From Vicinamibacteria bacterium (GTDB lineage: Bacteria; Acidobacteriota; Vicinamibacteria; Marinacidobacterales; Marinacidobacteraceae): a stretch of 64,000 bases of DNA. A program made the position numbers and the translations under genes. The notes below the pieces were generated by a model. The model ran no database searches. It was not told where the DNA came from and was given only the letters and a program-made list of their open reading frames with translations. Below are positions 8,699 through 17,920 of this stretch, piece after piece. The stretch is taken from contig CAXXLQ010000004.1 in the NCBI GenBank assembly GCA_963668695.2, positions 3,424,001-3,488,000 of the forward strand, written 5' to 3'. Within the stretch, counting starts at the first letter, position 1; each line of letters starts with the position of its first letter.

Positions 8699-10174
8699 AT
8701 GAAGCATCAGCGCATCAGATTTCCGCGTGGCGAGGGCCGCTACAACGTTGTAATCATCGGGGCGGGCACGGCCGGTCTCGTGACCGCCGCGGGCACCGCG
8801 GGACTCGGAGGACGGGTTGCTCTGGTGGAGGCCGCCAAAATGGGTGGTGATTGTCTCAATTACGGGTGCGTTCCTTCCAAGGCGCTCGTTTCCACCTCGA
8901 AACTGATCCAGGGCATCCGCGACGCCGAATCCCACGGGCTCGACGCCATGGAGCCTCGTTTCCGGTTCGAGCGGGTCTTCGAGCACATGCGCGAACGCCG
9001 CGCCCAGATCGCTCCCAACGATTCCGTGGAGCGGTTCACCGGGCTCGGAGTGGACGTCTTTGAGGCGCGCGCCCGGTTCGCGAGCCCGCACGAAGTGGAA
9101 CTCGACGACGGAACCCGCCTCGAAGGCGCCCATTTCGTGATCGCCACGGGCACGAAGCCCTTCGTGCCGCCGATCCCTGGCCTCGAAGGCGTCCCCTTCC
9201 TCACCAACGAGACCTTCTTCGACGAGCAGGAGAATGCGCCGGAATCGCTGATCGTGCTCGGCGGCGGACCCATCGGTTGCGAGATGGGTCAGGTGATGAG
9301 CCGGCTCGGAGTCCGGGTCACCATCCTCACCGACGTCCGCCGCCTTCTCCCCCGCGACGACCACGAGGCCTCCGCGGTCGTGCACGACGCCTTCACCGAA
9401 GAAGGCATCGAAATCGTCACCGGGTGCCGGGTGGGCTCCTTCCGGCAGGAGGCGAGCGGCGCGATCACCGCGGAGATGGACGGCGACTGCGGGCCGCGGA
9501 CCGTCACCGCATCCCGGGTGCTGGTCGCCACCGGCCGCTCGCCGAACGTAGCGAACCTCGGGCTCGAGGCCGCCGGAGTGCGCTACGACGCCCGCGGCGG
9601 CGTTCCGGCGGACGCTTCGCTGCGCACGAACGTCCGCCACATCTACGCCTGCGGCGACGTGACCGGCCCATACCGTTTCACCCACACCGCCGACTACCAG
9701 GCGCGGCTCGTAGTGCGGAACATCCTCCTCCCCGCTCCCCTGCCCCGGGCGAAGGCCGACTACCGCTACGTCCCCTGGGTCACCTACGTGGACCCCGAGG
9801 TCGCTCACTTCGGCCTCCGCGAGGAGGACGCCGGCTCGCAGGGCATCGCGGTGGACGTCCACCGGCACCAGAACGACGATCTCGATCGCGCGATCACCGA
9901 ATCGGCGACGCGGGGCTTCGTGAAGGTCCTGACCCGGAAGGGAAAGGACGAAATCCTCGGCGCCACCGTCTGCGCGCCCCGGGCGGGCGAAGTCCTCCAC
10001 GAAATCATGGTCGCCGCGAAGCACGGAGTGGGCCTCGCGGCGCTTTCCTCGACCATCCACGGCTATCCCACCTGGGCGCAGGCCGCTCAGCGGGTGGCGG
10101 ACGCCTACCAGCGCACGCGGCTCACTCCCCGCGCGAAAGCCATCTTCGAGTGGCTCTACCGGAGGCGGCGATGA
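8699..10174 (+). CDS. FAD-dependent pyridine nucleotide-disulfide oxidoreductase (MerA/Lpd-like)
   Basis: GAGTAG, GGDCLNYGCVPSK and GGGPIG.E motifs, with a C-terminal HGYPT. Confidence 0.92.
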   Translation: MKHQRIRFPRGEGRYNVVIIGAGTAGLVTAAGTAGLGGRVALVEAAKMGGDCLNYGCVPSKALVSTSKLIQGIRDAESHGLDAMEPRFRFERVFEHMRERRAQIAPNDSVERFTGLGVDVFEARARFASPHEVELDDGTRLEGAHFVIATGTKPFVPPIPGLEGVPFLTNETFFDEQENAPESLIVLGGGPIGCEMGQVMSRLGVRVTILTDVRRLLPRDDHEASAVVHDAFTEEGIEIVTGCRVGSFRQEASGAITAEMDGDCGPRTVTASRVLVATGRSPNVANLGLEAAGVRYDARGGVPADASLRTNVRHIYACGDVTGPYRFTHTADYQARLVVRNILLPAPLPRAKADYRYVPWVTYVDPEVAHFGLREEDAGSQGIAVDVHRHQNDDLDRAITESATRGFVKVLTRKGKDEILGATVCAPRAGEVLHEIMVAAKHGVGLAALSSTIHGYPTWAQAAQRVADAYQRTRLTPRAKAIFEWLYRRRR

Positions 10175-10848
10175 GCAAAACCCTCAAGTTAGGCGCGATC
10201 CTCGTCCTGATCGTGGCCCTCGTGGTGATCTTCCCGTTCGGCGAGTGGATCCAGGCAGGAGCCGAATGGGCCCGGGGACAGGGCACTCTGGGTCTGGTGG
10301 TGTTCGCGGCGCTCTACGCAGTCGCCACGGTGTTCGCGGTCCCGGGATCGGCGCTGACGCTGATCGCCGGAGGCGCCTTCGGCGTCGCCTCCGGGACGGT
10401 CGCGGTCTGGTTCGGGGCCACGGCAGGACTCGCGCTCGGCTTCCTCGTCGCCCGGGGGCTGGCCCGGGACCGGGTCGCCCGGTGGCTCTCGACCAAACCG
10501 TCCTTCGCCGCCGTGGACCGGGCGGTGGCCGCCGAGGGCTGGAAGATCGTCTTCCTCACCCGCCTCACGCCGGTCTTCCCCTTCACCGTCCTGAACTACG
10601 CCTACGGGCTGACCGGGGTGGGTTTTGCCAGCTACCTGATCGCGTCGGCGATCGGGATTCTTCCCGGAACCCTGCTCTACATCTATCTCGGGAGCAGCGT
10701 CGCCCGCACCGTCTCCGGCGAATCGGACCCTCTGGAACTGCTGTTCCGGGGACTGGGGCTGGCCGCCTTCGTGGTGGTCACGATCCTGATCACCCGGACC
10801 GCCCGGCGGGCGCTCCGGGAAGCCGGGGTGGGGTCCGACAAATCCTGA
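10171..10848 (+). CDS. TVP38/TMEM64 (DedA/SNARE-associated) membrane protein
   Basis: PGS.LTL..G..FG and RL.P.FPF..LNY.YGLT motifs. ATGA overlap with the upstream gene. Confidence 0.92.
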   Translation: MSKTLKLGAILVLIVALVVIFPFGEWIQAGAEWARGQGTLGLVVFAALYAVATVFAVPGSALTLIAGGAFGVASGTVAVWFGATAGLALGFLVARGLARDRVARWLSTKPSFAAVDRAVAAEGWKIVFLTRLTPVFPFTVLNYAYGLTGVGFASYLIASAIGILPGTLLYIYLGSSVARTVSGESDPLELLFRGLGLAAFVVVTILITRTARRALREAGVGSDKS

Positions 10849-10852
10849 GGAC

Positions 10853-13612
10853 ATGACCATCCGGAACCGCCTGCTGCTCGCGACCGCGGCGGTTCTTCTC
10901 GTCAACTCGGGGTACCTCATCGCCGCCCAAGGGGCGAATCTCTTCCACGCGGCGCAGATCCTGCTGCACCCGGTGCTCGGCATCGCGGCGCTGAAGCTGA
11001 TGCTCTGGTGCTGGAAGAGCGTCGGCCCGGCGCTCCGCCGCGATCCGCTTCGCAGCTGGTTCTGGATCTCCGGGAGCCTTTTGGCACTTACCGGTGCCGG
11101 GCTCTTCATCTTCGGATCCGCACCCGCGACCCGGCCCCTGCTCTACGCGCACCTGGCCAGCGCCGCCGGGTTCACGGTTCTCCTCGTCTCGCGGCGCGTG
11201 CTTCTCGCCCCGCTCCTGCTGGCAGCGGCGATTCCCGTCGGGGCGCTCCTCCGGCCGGTGCTACCCGATCGCGGACCGGTGCTGAACGCCGGCCTGCCCC
11301 CTGCAACCATGGCCGGCGAGGCGATGGGCGGCACGGACGGGCCGTTTTTCCCCTCGTCGGCGGAGACGGAGCACGGCGGGCTCATCCCCGAGGAGTTCTT
11401 CCTCGAGAGCGACAAGTGCGGCCGCTGCCACGGCGACATCACCCACCAGTGGAGCGAGTCCGCCCACCGCTTCGCCTCCTTCAACAACCCCTGGTACCGG
11501 CGCTCCATCGAGTACATGCAAAGCGTGGTGGGGGTGACGCCCTCCAAGTGGTGCGCCGGCTGCCATGACCCCGCGTTGCTCTTCAGCGGCCAGATGGATC
11601 GGCCGGTCGCCGAGATCGTGGACCGCCCCTCCGCGAGCGCCGGACTCGGCTGCGTTTCCTGCCACGCGATCACCCGGGTGAAGGACACCATGGGGAACGC
11701 CGGCTTCGTCATCGAATACCCCGAGATGCACGACCTCGCGGCTTCCGAAGACCCGCTGATCCGGACGCTCCACGATCTCGTGCTCCACCTCGACCCCGAA
11801 CCGCACCGGCAGGCGTTCCTGAGACCGCTCCACACCGGCGACAGCTCGGCGTTCTGCTCCACCTGCCACAAGGTGCATCTGGACCAACCCGTCAACGATT
11901 ACCGCTGGCTCCGGGGTTTCAACAGCTACGACAACTGGCAGGCGAGCGGGGTCTCGGGAGACGGCGCGCGCTCGTTTTACTACCCCGAGACTCCGAAGAC
12001 CTGCGCCGACTGCCACATGCCGCCGGTCGCCGGAGAGGACCCGGCGGCGCGGAACGGCCTGCTCCGCTCGCACCGCTTCGCCGCCGCAAACACCGCGCTC
12101 CCGACCCACTTCGGGCTCGACGAGCAGCTCCAGGCCGTTCGGGATTTCCTGCGCGCCGGACAGGTGACGGTGGACATCTTCGGTCTCGTGCGCGACGACG
12201 AGGGGGAAGCGGCGGGGTCGGAAACCCTCCCCGGCGGCGCCGACCCGCTGGCGCTCGCCTCCACCTTCGCGGTCGGCGAGGAAGCGGCAACGCCTGCCGG
12301 ACGTTATGCCCCTTCGGGGCCGCTCGGCGAGTTGAGCGCGCCGCTTGACGAGGCGCTTCCAGCGCTCGTCCCGGGCGAGACGGTGCGGGTGGATGTGGTG
12401 GTGCGGACCCGCAACGTCGGCCACTTCTTCCCGAGCGGCACGATCGATGCCCAGGAGGTCTGGCTCGAGTTCCGCGCCGAGGACGCTGCCGGGCGACCCT
12501 TCTTCTGGAGCGGGTTCACCGGTGAGGCCGGCGAGGCGGCGGACGCCCCGGTGGACGGTTCCGCCCACTTCCTGCGTTCGCTGCTCCTCGACGCCCACGG
12601 CAACCCGATCAACAAACGAAACGCCTGGTCGGCGCGGAGCGTGCTCTACGTCTCCGTGATTCCTCCGGGCGCCGCCCACACCGTGCGCTACCGGCTGCGG
12701 GTTCCCGAAGAAGTCGAGGGGCCGGTGACCCTCACCGCCCGGCTCAACTACCGGAAGTTCGACTGGTGGCACACCCAGTGGACCTTCCGGGGCGAACTCG
12801 ACGAAAGCGGCGAGGTCGCGTCCGCCTACGACGACCGGGCGGTCCACTTCGACGAGGCAGTCCCGGTCCCGGATGTGCCGATCGTCGAGATGGCGGTGGC
12901 CTCGCTACGGCTCCCCGTGGCTGCCGAAGCCTCCCCCGCATCCGTAGCCGCCCCGGGCGATCTCGCCCGGGCGCTTCGCTTCAACGACTACGGCATCGGG
13001 ATGCTGCTCCAGGGCGATCTCCGAGCCGCCGAAGCGGCCTTTTCCACGGTGGCCCGGCTCGCTCCCGAGTACGCAGACGCTCCGGTGAACATCGCGCGCG
13101 TCCGCCTGCGGGAGGGGGATCCCGAAGGGGCCCTCGAAGCGCTCGAAACGGCGCTCGGGCTCGCCCCGGCGCTCCCCCGCGCCCTCTTCTTCCGGGCGAT
13201 GGCGCTGAAGGCGCTCGGCCGCTACGACGAGGCGCTCGCCGACCTGCGGGCGGTGCAGGAGACGTATCCCCGGGACCGGGTCGCGAACAACCAGGTCGGC
13301 CGGCTGCTCTTCCTGAGGCGCGAGTACGCCGAGGCGGTCTCCGTGCTCGAGAAGACGCTGGCCATCGATCCCGAGGATCTCGAGGCCCACTACAACCTGA
13401 TGCTCGCCTCGCAGGGACTTCGGGACGCCGAGCGCGCGGCCCGTCACCGCGAGCTCTATCTGCGCTTCAAGGCCGACGAGGCCTCGCAGTTCGTGACCGG
13501 GGAGTACCGCCGGACCCACCCGGAAGACAACAACGAGCGTCTCCCCATCCACGAACATCGAAACGGGCTTGGCCCGCTAGTACCCCTGCACGAGGAGCGG
13601 CGCGGCAGGTAG
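10853..13612 (+). CDS. Membrane-anchored multiheme c-type cytochrome with C-terminal TPRs
   Basis: Five CxxCH motifs (CGRCH, CAGCH, CVSCH, CSTCH, CADCH), N-terminal TMs and TPR-like helical repeats. Confidence 0.88.
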   Translation: MTIRNRLLLATAAVLLVNSGYLIAAQGANLFHAAQILLHPVLGIAALKLMLWCWKSVGPALRRDPLRSWFWISGSLLALTGAGLFIFGSAPATRPLLYAHLASAAGFTVLLVSRRVLLAPLLLAAAIPVGALLRPVLPDRGPVLNAGLPPATMAGEAMGGTDGPFFPSSAETEHGGLIPEEFFLESDKCGRCHGDITHQWSESAHRFASFNNPWYRRSIEYMQSVVGVTPSKWCAGCHDPALLFSGQMDRPVAEIVDRPSASAGLGCVSCHAITRVKDTMGNAGFVIEYPEMHDLAASEDPLIRTLHDLVLHLDPEPHRQAFLRPLHTGDSSAFCSTCHKVHLDQPVNDYRWLRGFNSYDNWQASGVSGDGARSFYYPETPKTCADCHMPPVAGEDPAARNGLLRSHRFAAANTALPTHFGLDEQLQAVRDFLRAGQVTVDIFGLVRDDEGEAAGSETLPGGADPLALASTFAVGEEAATPAGRYAPSGPLGELSAPLDEALPALVPGETVRVDVVVRTRNVGHFFPSGTIDAQEVWLEFRAEDAAGRPFFWSGFTGEAGEAADAPVDGSAHFLRSLLLDAHGNPINKRNAWSARSVLYVSVIPPGAAHTVRYRLRVPEEVEGPVTLTARLNYRKFDWWHTQWTFRGELDESGEVASAYDDRAVHFDEAVPVPDVPIVEMAVASLRLPVAAEASPASVAAPGDLARALRFNDYGIGMLLQGDLRAAEAAFSTVARLAPEYADAPVNIARVRLREGDPEGALEALETALGLAPALPRALFFRAMALKALGRYDEALADLRAVQETYPRDRVANNQVGRLLFLRREYAEAVSVLEKTLAIDPEDLEAHYNLMLASQGLRDAERAARHRELYLRFKADEASQFVTGEYRRTHPEDNNERLPIHEHRNGLGPLVPLHEERRGR

Positions 13613-13851
13613 GGGAGCGCCGACCTCCGGTCGGCATGGTGGTGCGCAGGCACAGGAACGCCGACTCTGGTCGGCACAGCCCGCCGGAGGCGGGCGAGAG
13701 GCGCACTGCTGCTGTCGCCCATGGCGCAGACCGGGGTAAGTGTCACCGCGCACATTCGCGGAGTACGGGGGTCGCGCCATCCAGGCACCGGGCGACTCTC
13801 CTCTCGCGGCCCTGTCGGGCCGCGGTGCCGACCAGAGGTCCCGGCGTTCCC
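13613..13851. repeat. REPIN-like element bounded by inverted family-2 REPs
   Basis: GGGAGCGCCGACCTCCGGTCGGCA at the left end, a second REP at 13655, and inverted TGCCGACCAGAGGTCCCGGCGTTCCC at the right end. Confidence 0.7.
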
Positions 13852-13930
13852 TGACCGGCGCGCCATCACACCGACCAGATGACGGCGCGGCATCCGGAGA
13901 ACGGGCGTCTTCTGGACCGAGGGGGATGAG

Positions 13931-14068
13931 ATGTCCGGGCTAGGATTTGTCGTCATGTCCGTTGAGATTGCCCGAGTCGAAGACCCCGACGAGTATCTGT
14001 GCGCTGTCGAGGACACGATGCACGAGTGGAATTCGAAGGAAGACGAGATCGCCTGGCGTGACCTTTGA
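13931..14068 (+). pseudogene. Small antitoxin-like remnant (45 aa)
   Basis: Ends EYLCAVEDTMHEWNSKEDEIAWRDL*, a C-terminus typical of antitoxins upstream of PemK-like toxins. No N-terminal DNA-binding domain. Confidence 0.55.
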
Positions 14069-14126
14069 TGCGCGGGAAGTCGGGCGAGGACCACCACGGA
14101 ACTCGCCGTCTTGGCGGGGTGACGCC

Positions 14127-15791
14127 GTGGGATCGGGAGCTATCAGGCGCGCTGGGACGCTGCTCGCCGCGTTCGCCCTCGCTGGAACCGGAGCCGCGCA
14201 GGAGACGCGCTTCGTCGAGGTGACGGAGGCGGCCGGGATCCGCTTCGTCCACGAGAACGGAGCCTTCGGCGAGAAGTACCTCCCGGAGACGATGGGCAGC
14301 GGGGTGGCTTTCTTCGACGCCGACGGCGACGCCGACCAGGACCTCCTCTTCGTGAACAGCCGGCGCTGGCCCGGACACCGCAGCGCTCCCGAACCCACCG
14401 CGGCGCTCTACCGGAACCGCGGCGACGGAACCTTCGAGGACGCGACCGCCGGCTCGGGGCTCGACACCCCGTTCTACGGCATCGGGGCGGCCATCGCCGA
14501 CTACGACGCCGACGGGGACCAGGACATCTATCTGACCGCGCTCGGGCCGAACCGCCTGCTGGAAAACACCGGCGACGGGGTTTTTCGGGAAGCCCCGCAT
14601 GCGGCGTCGGTCGCCCATCCGGGCTTTTCGAGCGGCGCCACCTGGTTCGACGCCGACGGCGACGGGGACCTCGACCTCTTCCTCCTCAACTACGTGGAGT
14701 GGTCCATCGAGGAGGACATCTTCTGCGCCCTCGACGGCGTCAACAAGAGCTACTGCACCCCGGAGTCGTATAACGGGGCAAGCGCCGTCCTCTACCGGAA
14801 CGACGGACCTGAAGGCTTCACCGACGTCACCCAGGCGGCCGGCCTCTTCAACCCGCGTGGCAAGGGCCTCGGGGTGGCGGTTCTCGACTTCGACGGCGAC
14901 GGGTTCTCCGACCTGGCAGTGGCGAACGACACCCAGCCCAACTACCTCTACCGGAACCTCGGAGACGGCCGGTTCGAGGACGCCGGGGTGTTCGCCGGCA
15001 TCGCTTTCGCCGAGAACGGCGCCGCCCGCGGGGCCATGGGCATCGACGCTTCCGACTACGACGGCGACGGCCAAACCGACCTCGTCATCGGCAACTTCTC
15101 GAACGAGATGGTCTCGCTCTATCACAACGAAGGAGTCGGTTTCTTCATCGACCAGGCGCCGGTGTCGGAGATCGGGAGGAACAGCCTGCTCACCCTGGCT
15201 TTTGGGGCCTTCTTCTTCGACTACGACCTCGACGGCCGCCAGGACATCTTCGTCGCCAACGGACACGTCGAGAACGACATCGCCGACGTCCAGCAAAGGG
15301 TCGCCTACCGGCAGCCTCCCCATCTGTTCCGAAACCGGGGAGACGGCGGTTTCGACGAGGTGACCGCCGCCTCCCCGGATCTCGCGCGTCCGATGGTGGC
15401 CCGCGGAGCGGCATTCGGCGACATCGACGGCGACGGCGACCCCGACCTGGTCCTCAGCGAGAACGGCGGCCCCGCGCGCCTCTTCCGCAACGACGGAGGG
15501 GAGCGGAACGGCTGGATTGGCTTCCGGCTTCGGGGAGAAAATTCGAACCGGGACGGAATCGGTGCGAAGATCACGCTCGTCATCGAAGATGGCGGGATGA
15601 CCCGCATCGAGACCCGCGTCGTGAAGAGCGCCACCGGCTACGCCTCCCAGAACCAGCTCGCCGCGATCTTCGGCCTGGGACCGGTCGGGCGCGCCGTCTC
15701 CGCGCGCGTGGTCTGGCCTTCGGGCGCCCGGAGCGAAATCGAGGCGCCGGCGATTCGGCAGATGCTCCTCGTGGAGGAACCTCCGTCATGA
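14127..15791 (+). CDS. CRTAC1-family FG-GAP repeat / ASPIC-UnbV protein
   Basis: Signal peptide, repeated D.DGDG..DL motifs, LY.N.GDG.F, and a C-terminal SNRDGIGAK...GY.SQN...FGLG. Confidence 0.92.
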   Translation: MGSGAIRRAGTLLAAFALAGTGAAQETRFVEVTEAAGIRFVHENGAFGEKYLPETMGSGVAFFDADGDADQDLLFVNSRRWPGHRSAPEPTAALYRNRGDGTFEDATAGSGLDTPFYGIGAAIADYDADGDQDIYLTALGPNRLLENTGDGVFREAPHAASVAHPGFSSGATWFDADGDGDLDLFLLNYVEWSIEEDIFCALDGVNKSYCTPESYNGASAVLYRNDGPEGFTDVTQAAGLFNPRGKGLGVAVLDFDGDGFSDLAVANDTQPNYLYRNLGDGRFEDAGVFAGIAFAENGAARGAMGIDASDYDGDGQTDLVIGNFSNEMVSLYHNEGVGFFIDQAPVSEIGRNSLLTLAFGAFFFDYDLDGRQDIFVANGHVENDIADVQQRVAYRQPPHLFRNRGDGGFDEVTAASPDLARPMVARGAAFGDIDGDGDPDLVLSENGGPARLFRNDGGERNGWIGFRLRGENSNRDGIGAKITLVIEDGGMTRIETRVVKSATGYASQNQLAAIFGLGPVGRAVSARVVWPSGARSEIEAPAIRQMLLVEEPPS

Positions 15792-17803
15792 GGTTCACCT
15801 TCTCCTGTGCGGTGGCCGCCGTGTTGGCCGCGCTCGGATTCTTCGCCACCTCCGCGGGCGCCCCGCCGAGTGCGGCAGCCGCGGCGCAGGTGGAACAGCC
15901 GGCGCGGCCGCCGCTGTCCGAGCAGCCGGCGATGATGGTCGGGTCCGGTCAGTGCGTGCTCTGTCATGAACAGTCGCATGAGGACTGGATCTCCTCCCGC
16001 CACTCGAAGATGGTGCAGCCGGCCCGCCCTGGCCAGGTACGGGGCGACTTCTCTCAGGAGCGACTCACCCTCCGCGGCGAGGACTACCGGATCCGGAGGG
16101 TCGGGTCCAAGTACTTCATCACCGAGCCCTTCTTCACCGGCGAGCCGGTGGAGCACCAGGTGGACTACACCCTGGGTAACCGGCGCATCCAGCACTACCT
16201 GACGACGCTTGAGGACGGCCGGGTCATCGTGCTGCCCCCGACGTGGGACGTGCTCCGGCGCGAGTGGTTCCATAACCTCGAGATCGCAGCCCCGGACCAG
16301 CGCGAGGGCGTCATCCCGGTGCAGCTCTGGAACAAGAACTGCTTCGGCTGCCACGTCAGCGACCAGGTAAAGGGCTTTCGCCCGGGCGAAAACCGCTATG
16401 ACACCACCTGGCTGGACTTCGGCACCACCTGCGAGCGCTGCCACGGACCGGGCAGCCGGCACGTGGACAAGTACACGAACCTCGACGTCTACGGCGACGA
16501 TCCCGAACTCCACATCGTGCTGCAGACCCGGCTGGACCATCAGACGAACTCGATGGTCTGCGCGCAGTGCCACTCCTTCCGCGACCAGATGGCCTTCGGA
16601 TTCGCGGCAGGGGACAACTACTTCGACTTCTTCTTCCCGCTGCTGGAGTACACCCAGGAACCCTCCGAGGACCCCACCTGGTATCCCGACGGGAAGACCC
16701 GGCGCTTTTCCACGAACGCGCTCGGGATCTGGCAGAGCGAATGCTTCGTCGAGGGCGGAGCGACGTGTACCGGGTGCCACCTCGATCCACACCGGCCGGA
16801 CATCGAGCGGAACGAACAGCTCCTCCCGACGAACAACAGCCTCTGCACCGGGTGCCACGAGGCCATCGGCGCCGACCTGACAGCGCACACCTTCCACCCG
16901 GCGGCGAGCGAGGGCAGCTCCTGTGTCGAGTGCCACATGCCGCGCAGCGTGACGAGCATCCGGGCCAAGATGCGCGACCACAGCATCTCGATCCCATCGT
17001 CGCGCAACACCGCCCGGTTCGGGGTCCCAAACGCCTGCAACGAGTGCCACGCCGCCGAGAGCCCCGAGTGGGCGACCGCCAGGATGGACGAGTGGTGGGG
17101 CGAAACGCCGCGCCGCCGGAAGATCGAACGGCGCGCCGAGGCGTACTCCGGGGCGCGCGAACTCAGCCGCGAGGCACTTGATCAGTTGCTCGCGATCTCC
17201 ACGGACGAAGGAGAGGGCCCGGTGAACCGGGCGAACGCCGCCGGTCATCTGGGCCGCTATCTGGCGGATCCGGAGACCCGCGATCCCGCCATTCAGGCGC
17301 TGCTCGCCGCCTCCGGGGATTCCCATCCCCTGGTGCGCGCGGTCGCGTCTCTGAAGCTCGGCGAAAGCGAAAACACCGGATCACTTGAGATCCGCGACGC
17401 CCTGGTGGCCCGCGTTCAGGACGAGCGCCGGTCGGTACGGATGAACGCCGCGATTTCACTCCTCAACCTCGGGATCCAGACGCTGCCGGACGAGGCGGAG
17501 AACAGCTTCGAGCTGGCGAAGCGCCTCCACGCGATCCGGGGCAACTTCTTCGCCGACGATGCTCCCCAGCAGCTCAACCTCGGGAGGCTTCACGTTCTCG
17601 ACGGGAATCCCGCGGCAGCCGGACGCGCGTTCGAGCAGAGCTACAACCTCGACCCCGAACAGCCGGGGGTCCGCTTCTTCATGGCGGTCACCCGTCTCTC
17701 CCAGCAGCGTTTCCCGGAAGCCCGCGAACTGCTGCGGGCGGTTCCCGCCGAAGATCCCTTCGCCCAGGAAGCCGCCAACCTGCTCCGCCAACTCGAACCC
17801 TGA
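15788..17803 (+). CDS. Secreted octaheme c-type cytochrome with HEAT/TPR-like C-terminus
   Basis: Eight CxxCH motifs (CVLCH, CFGCH, CERCH, CAQCH, CTGCH x2, CVECH, CNECH) and a signal peptide. Confidence 0.88.
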   Translation: MRFTFSCAVAAVLAALGFFATSAGAPPSAAAAAQVEQPARPPLSEQPAMMVGSGQCVLCHEQSHEDWISSRHSKMVQPARPGQVRGDFSQERLTLRGEDYRIRRVGSKYFITEPFFTGEPVEHQVDYTLGNRRIQHYLTTLEDGRVIVLPPTWDVLRREWFHNLEIAAPDQREGVIPVQLWNKNCFGCHVSDQVKGFRPGENRYDTTWLDFGTTCERCHGPGSRHVDKYTNLDVYGDDPELHIVLQTRLDHQTNSMVCAQCHSFRDQMAFGFAAGDNYFDFFFPLLEYTQEPSEDPTWYPDGKTRRFSTNALGIWQSECFVEGGATCTGCHLDPHRPDIERNEQLLPTNNSLCTGCHEAIGADLTAHTFHPAASEGSSCVECHMPRSVTSIRAKMRDHSISIPSSRNTARFGVPNACNECHAAESPEWATARMDEWWGETPRRRKIERRAEAYSGARELSREALDQLLAISTDEGEGPVNRANAAGHLGRYLADPETRDPAIQALLAASGDSHPLVRAVASLKLGESENTGSLEIRDALVARVQDERRSVRMNAAISLLNLGIQTLPDEAENSFELAKRLHAIRGNFFADDAPQQLNLGRLHVLDGNPAAAGRAFEQSYNLDPEQPGVRFFMAVTRLSQQRFPEARELLRAVPAEDPFAQEAANLLRQLEP

Positions 17804-17820
17804 GCGGCAGTTCGGAACAA

Positions 17821-17839
17821 CCGCCCCGCGTCGGGGCGG
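17821..17839. terminator. GC hairpin between convergent genes
   Basis: CCGCCCCG-CGT-CGGGGCGG. No U-tract. Confidence 0.35.
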
Positions 17840-17920
17840 CGAGGCCTCCGCGCTGTTCGCGACGTCGAGCTACGGGAACCGAGCGCGCGCAGCGGCGGAC
17901 CCGAATGCTCGCAGAGAGTT

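Noticed and set aside
8699-10174. Mercuric reductase MerA
   Set aside because: No C-terminal Cys-Cys pair, no NmerA domain and no mer genes nearby.
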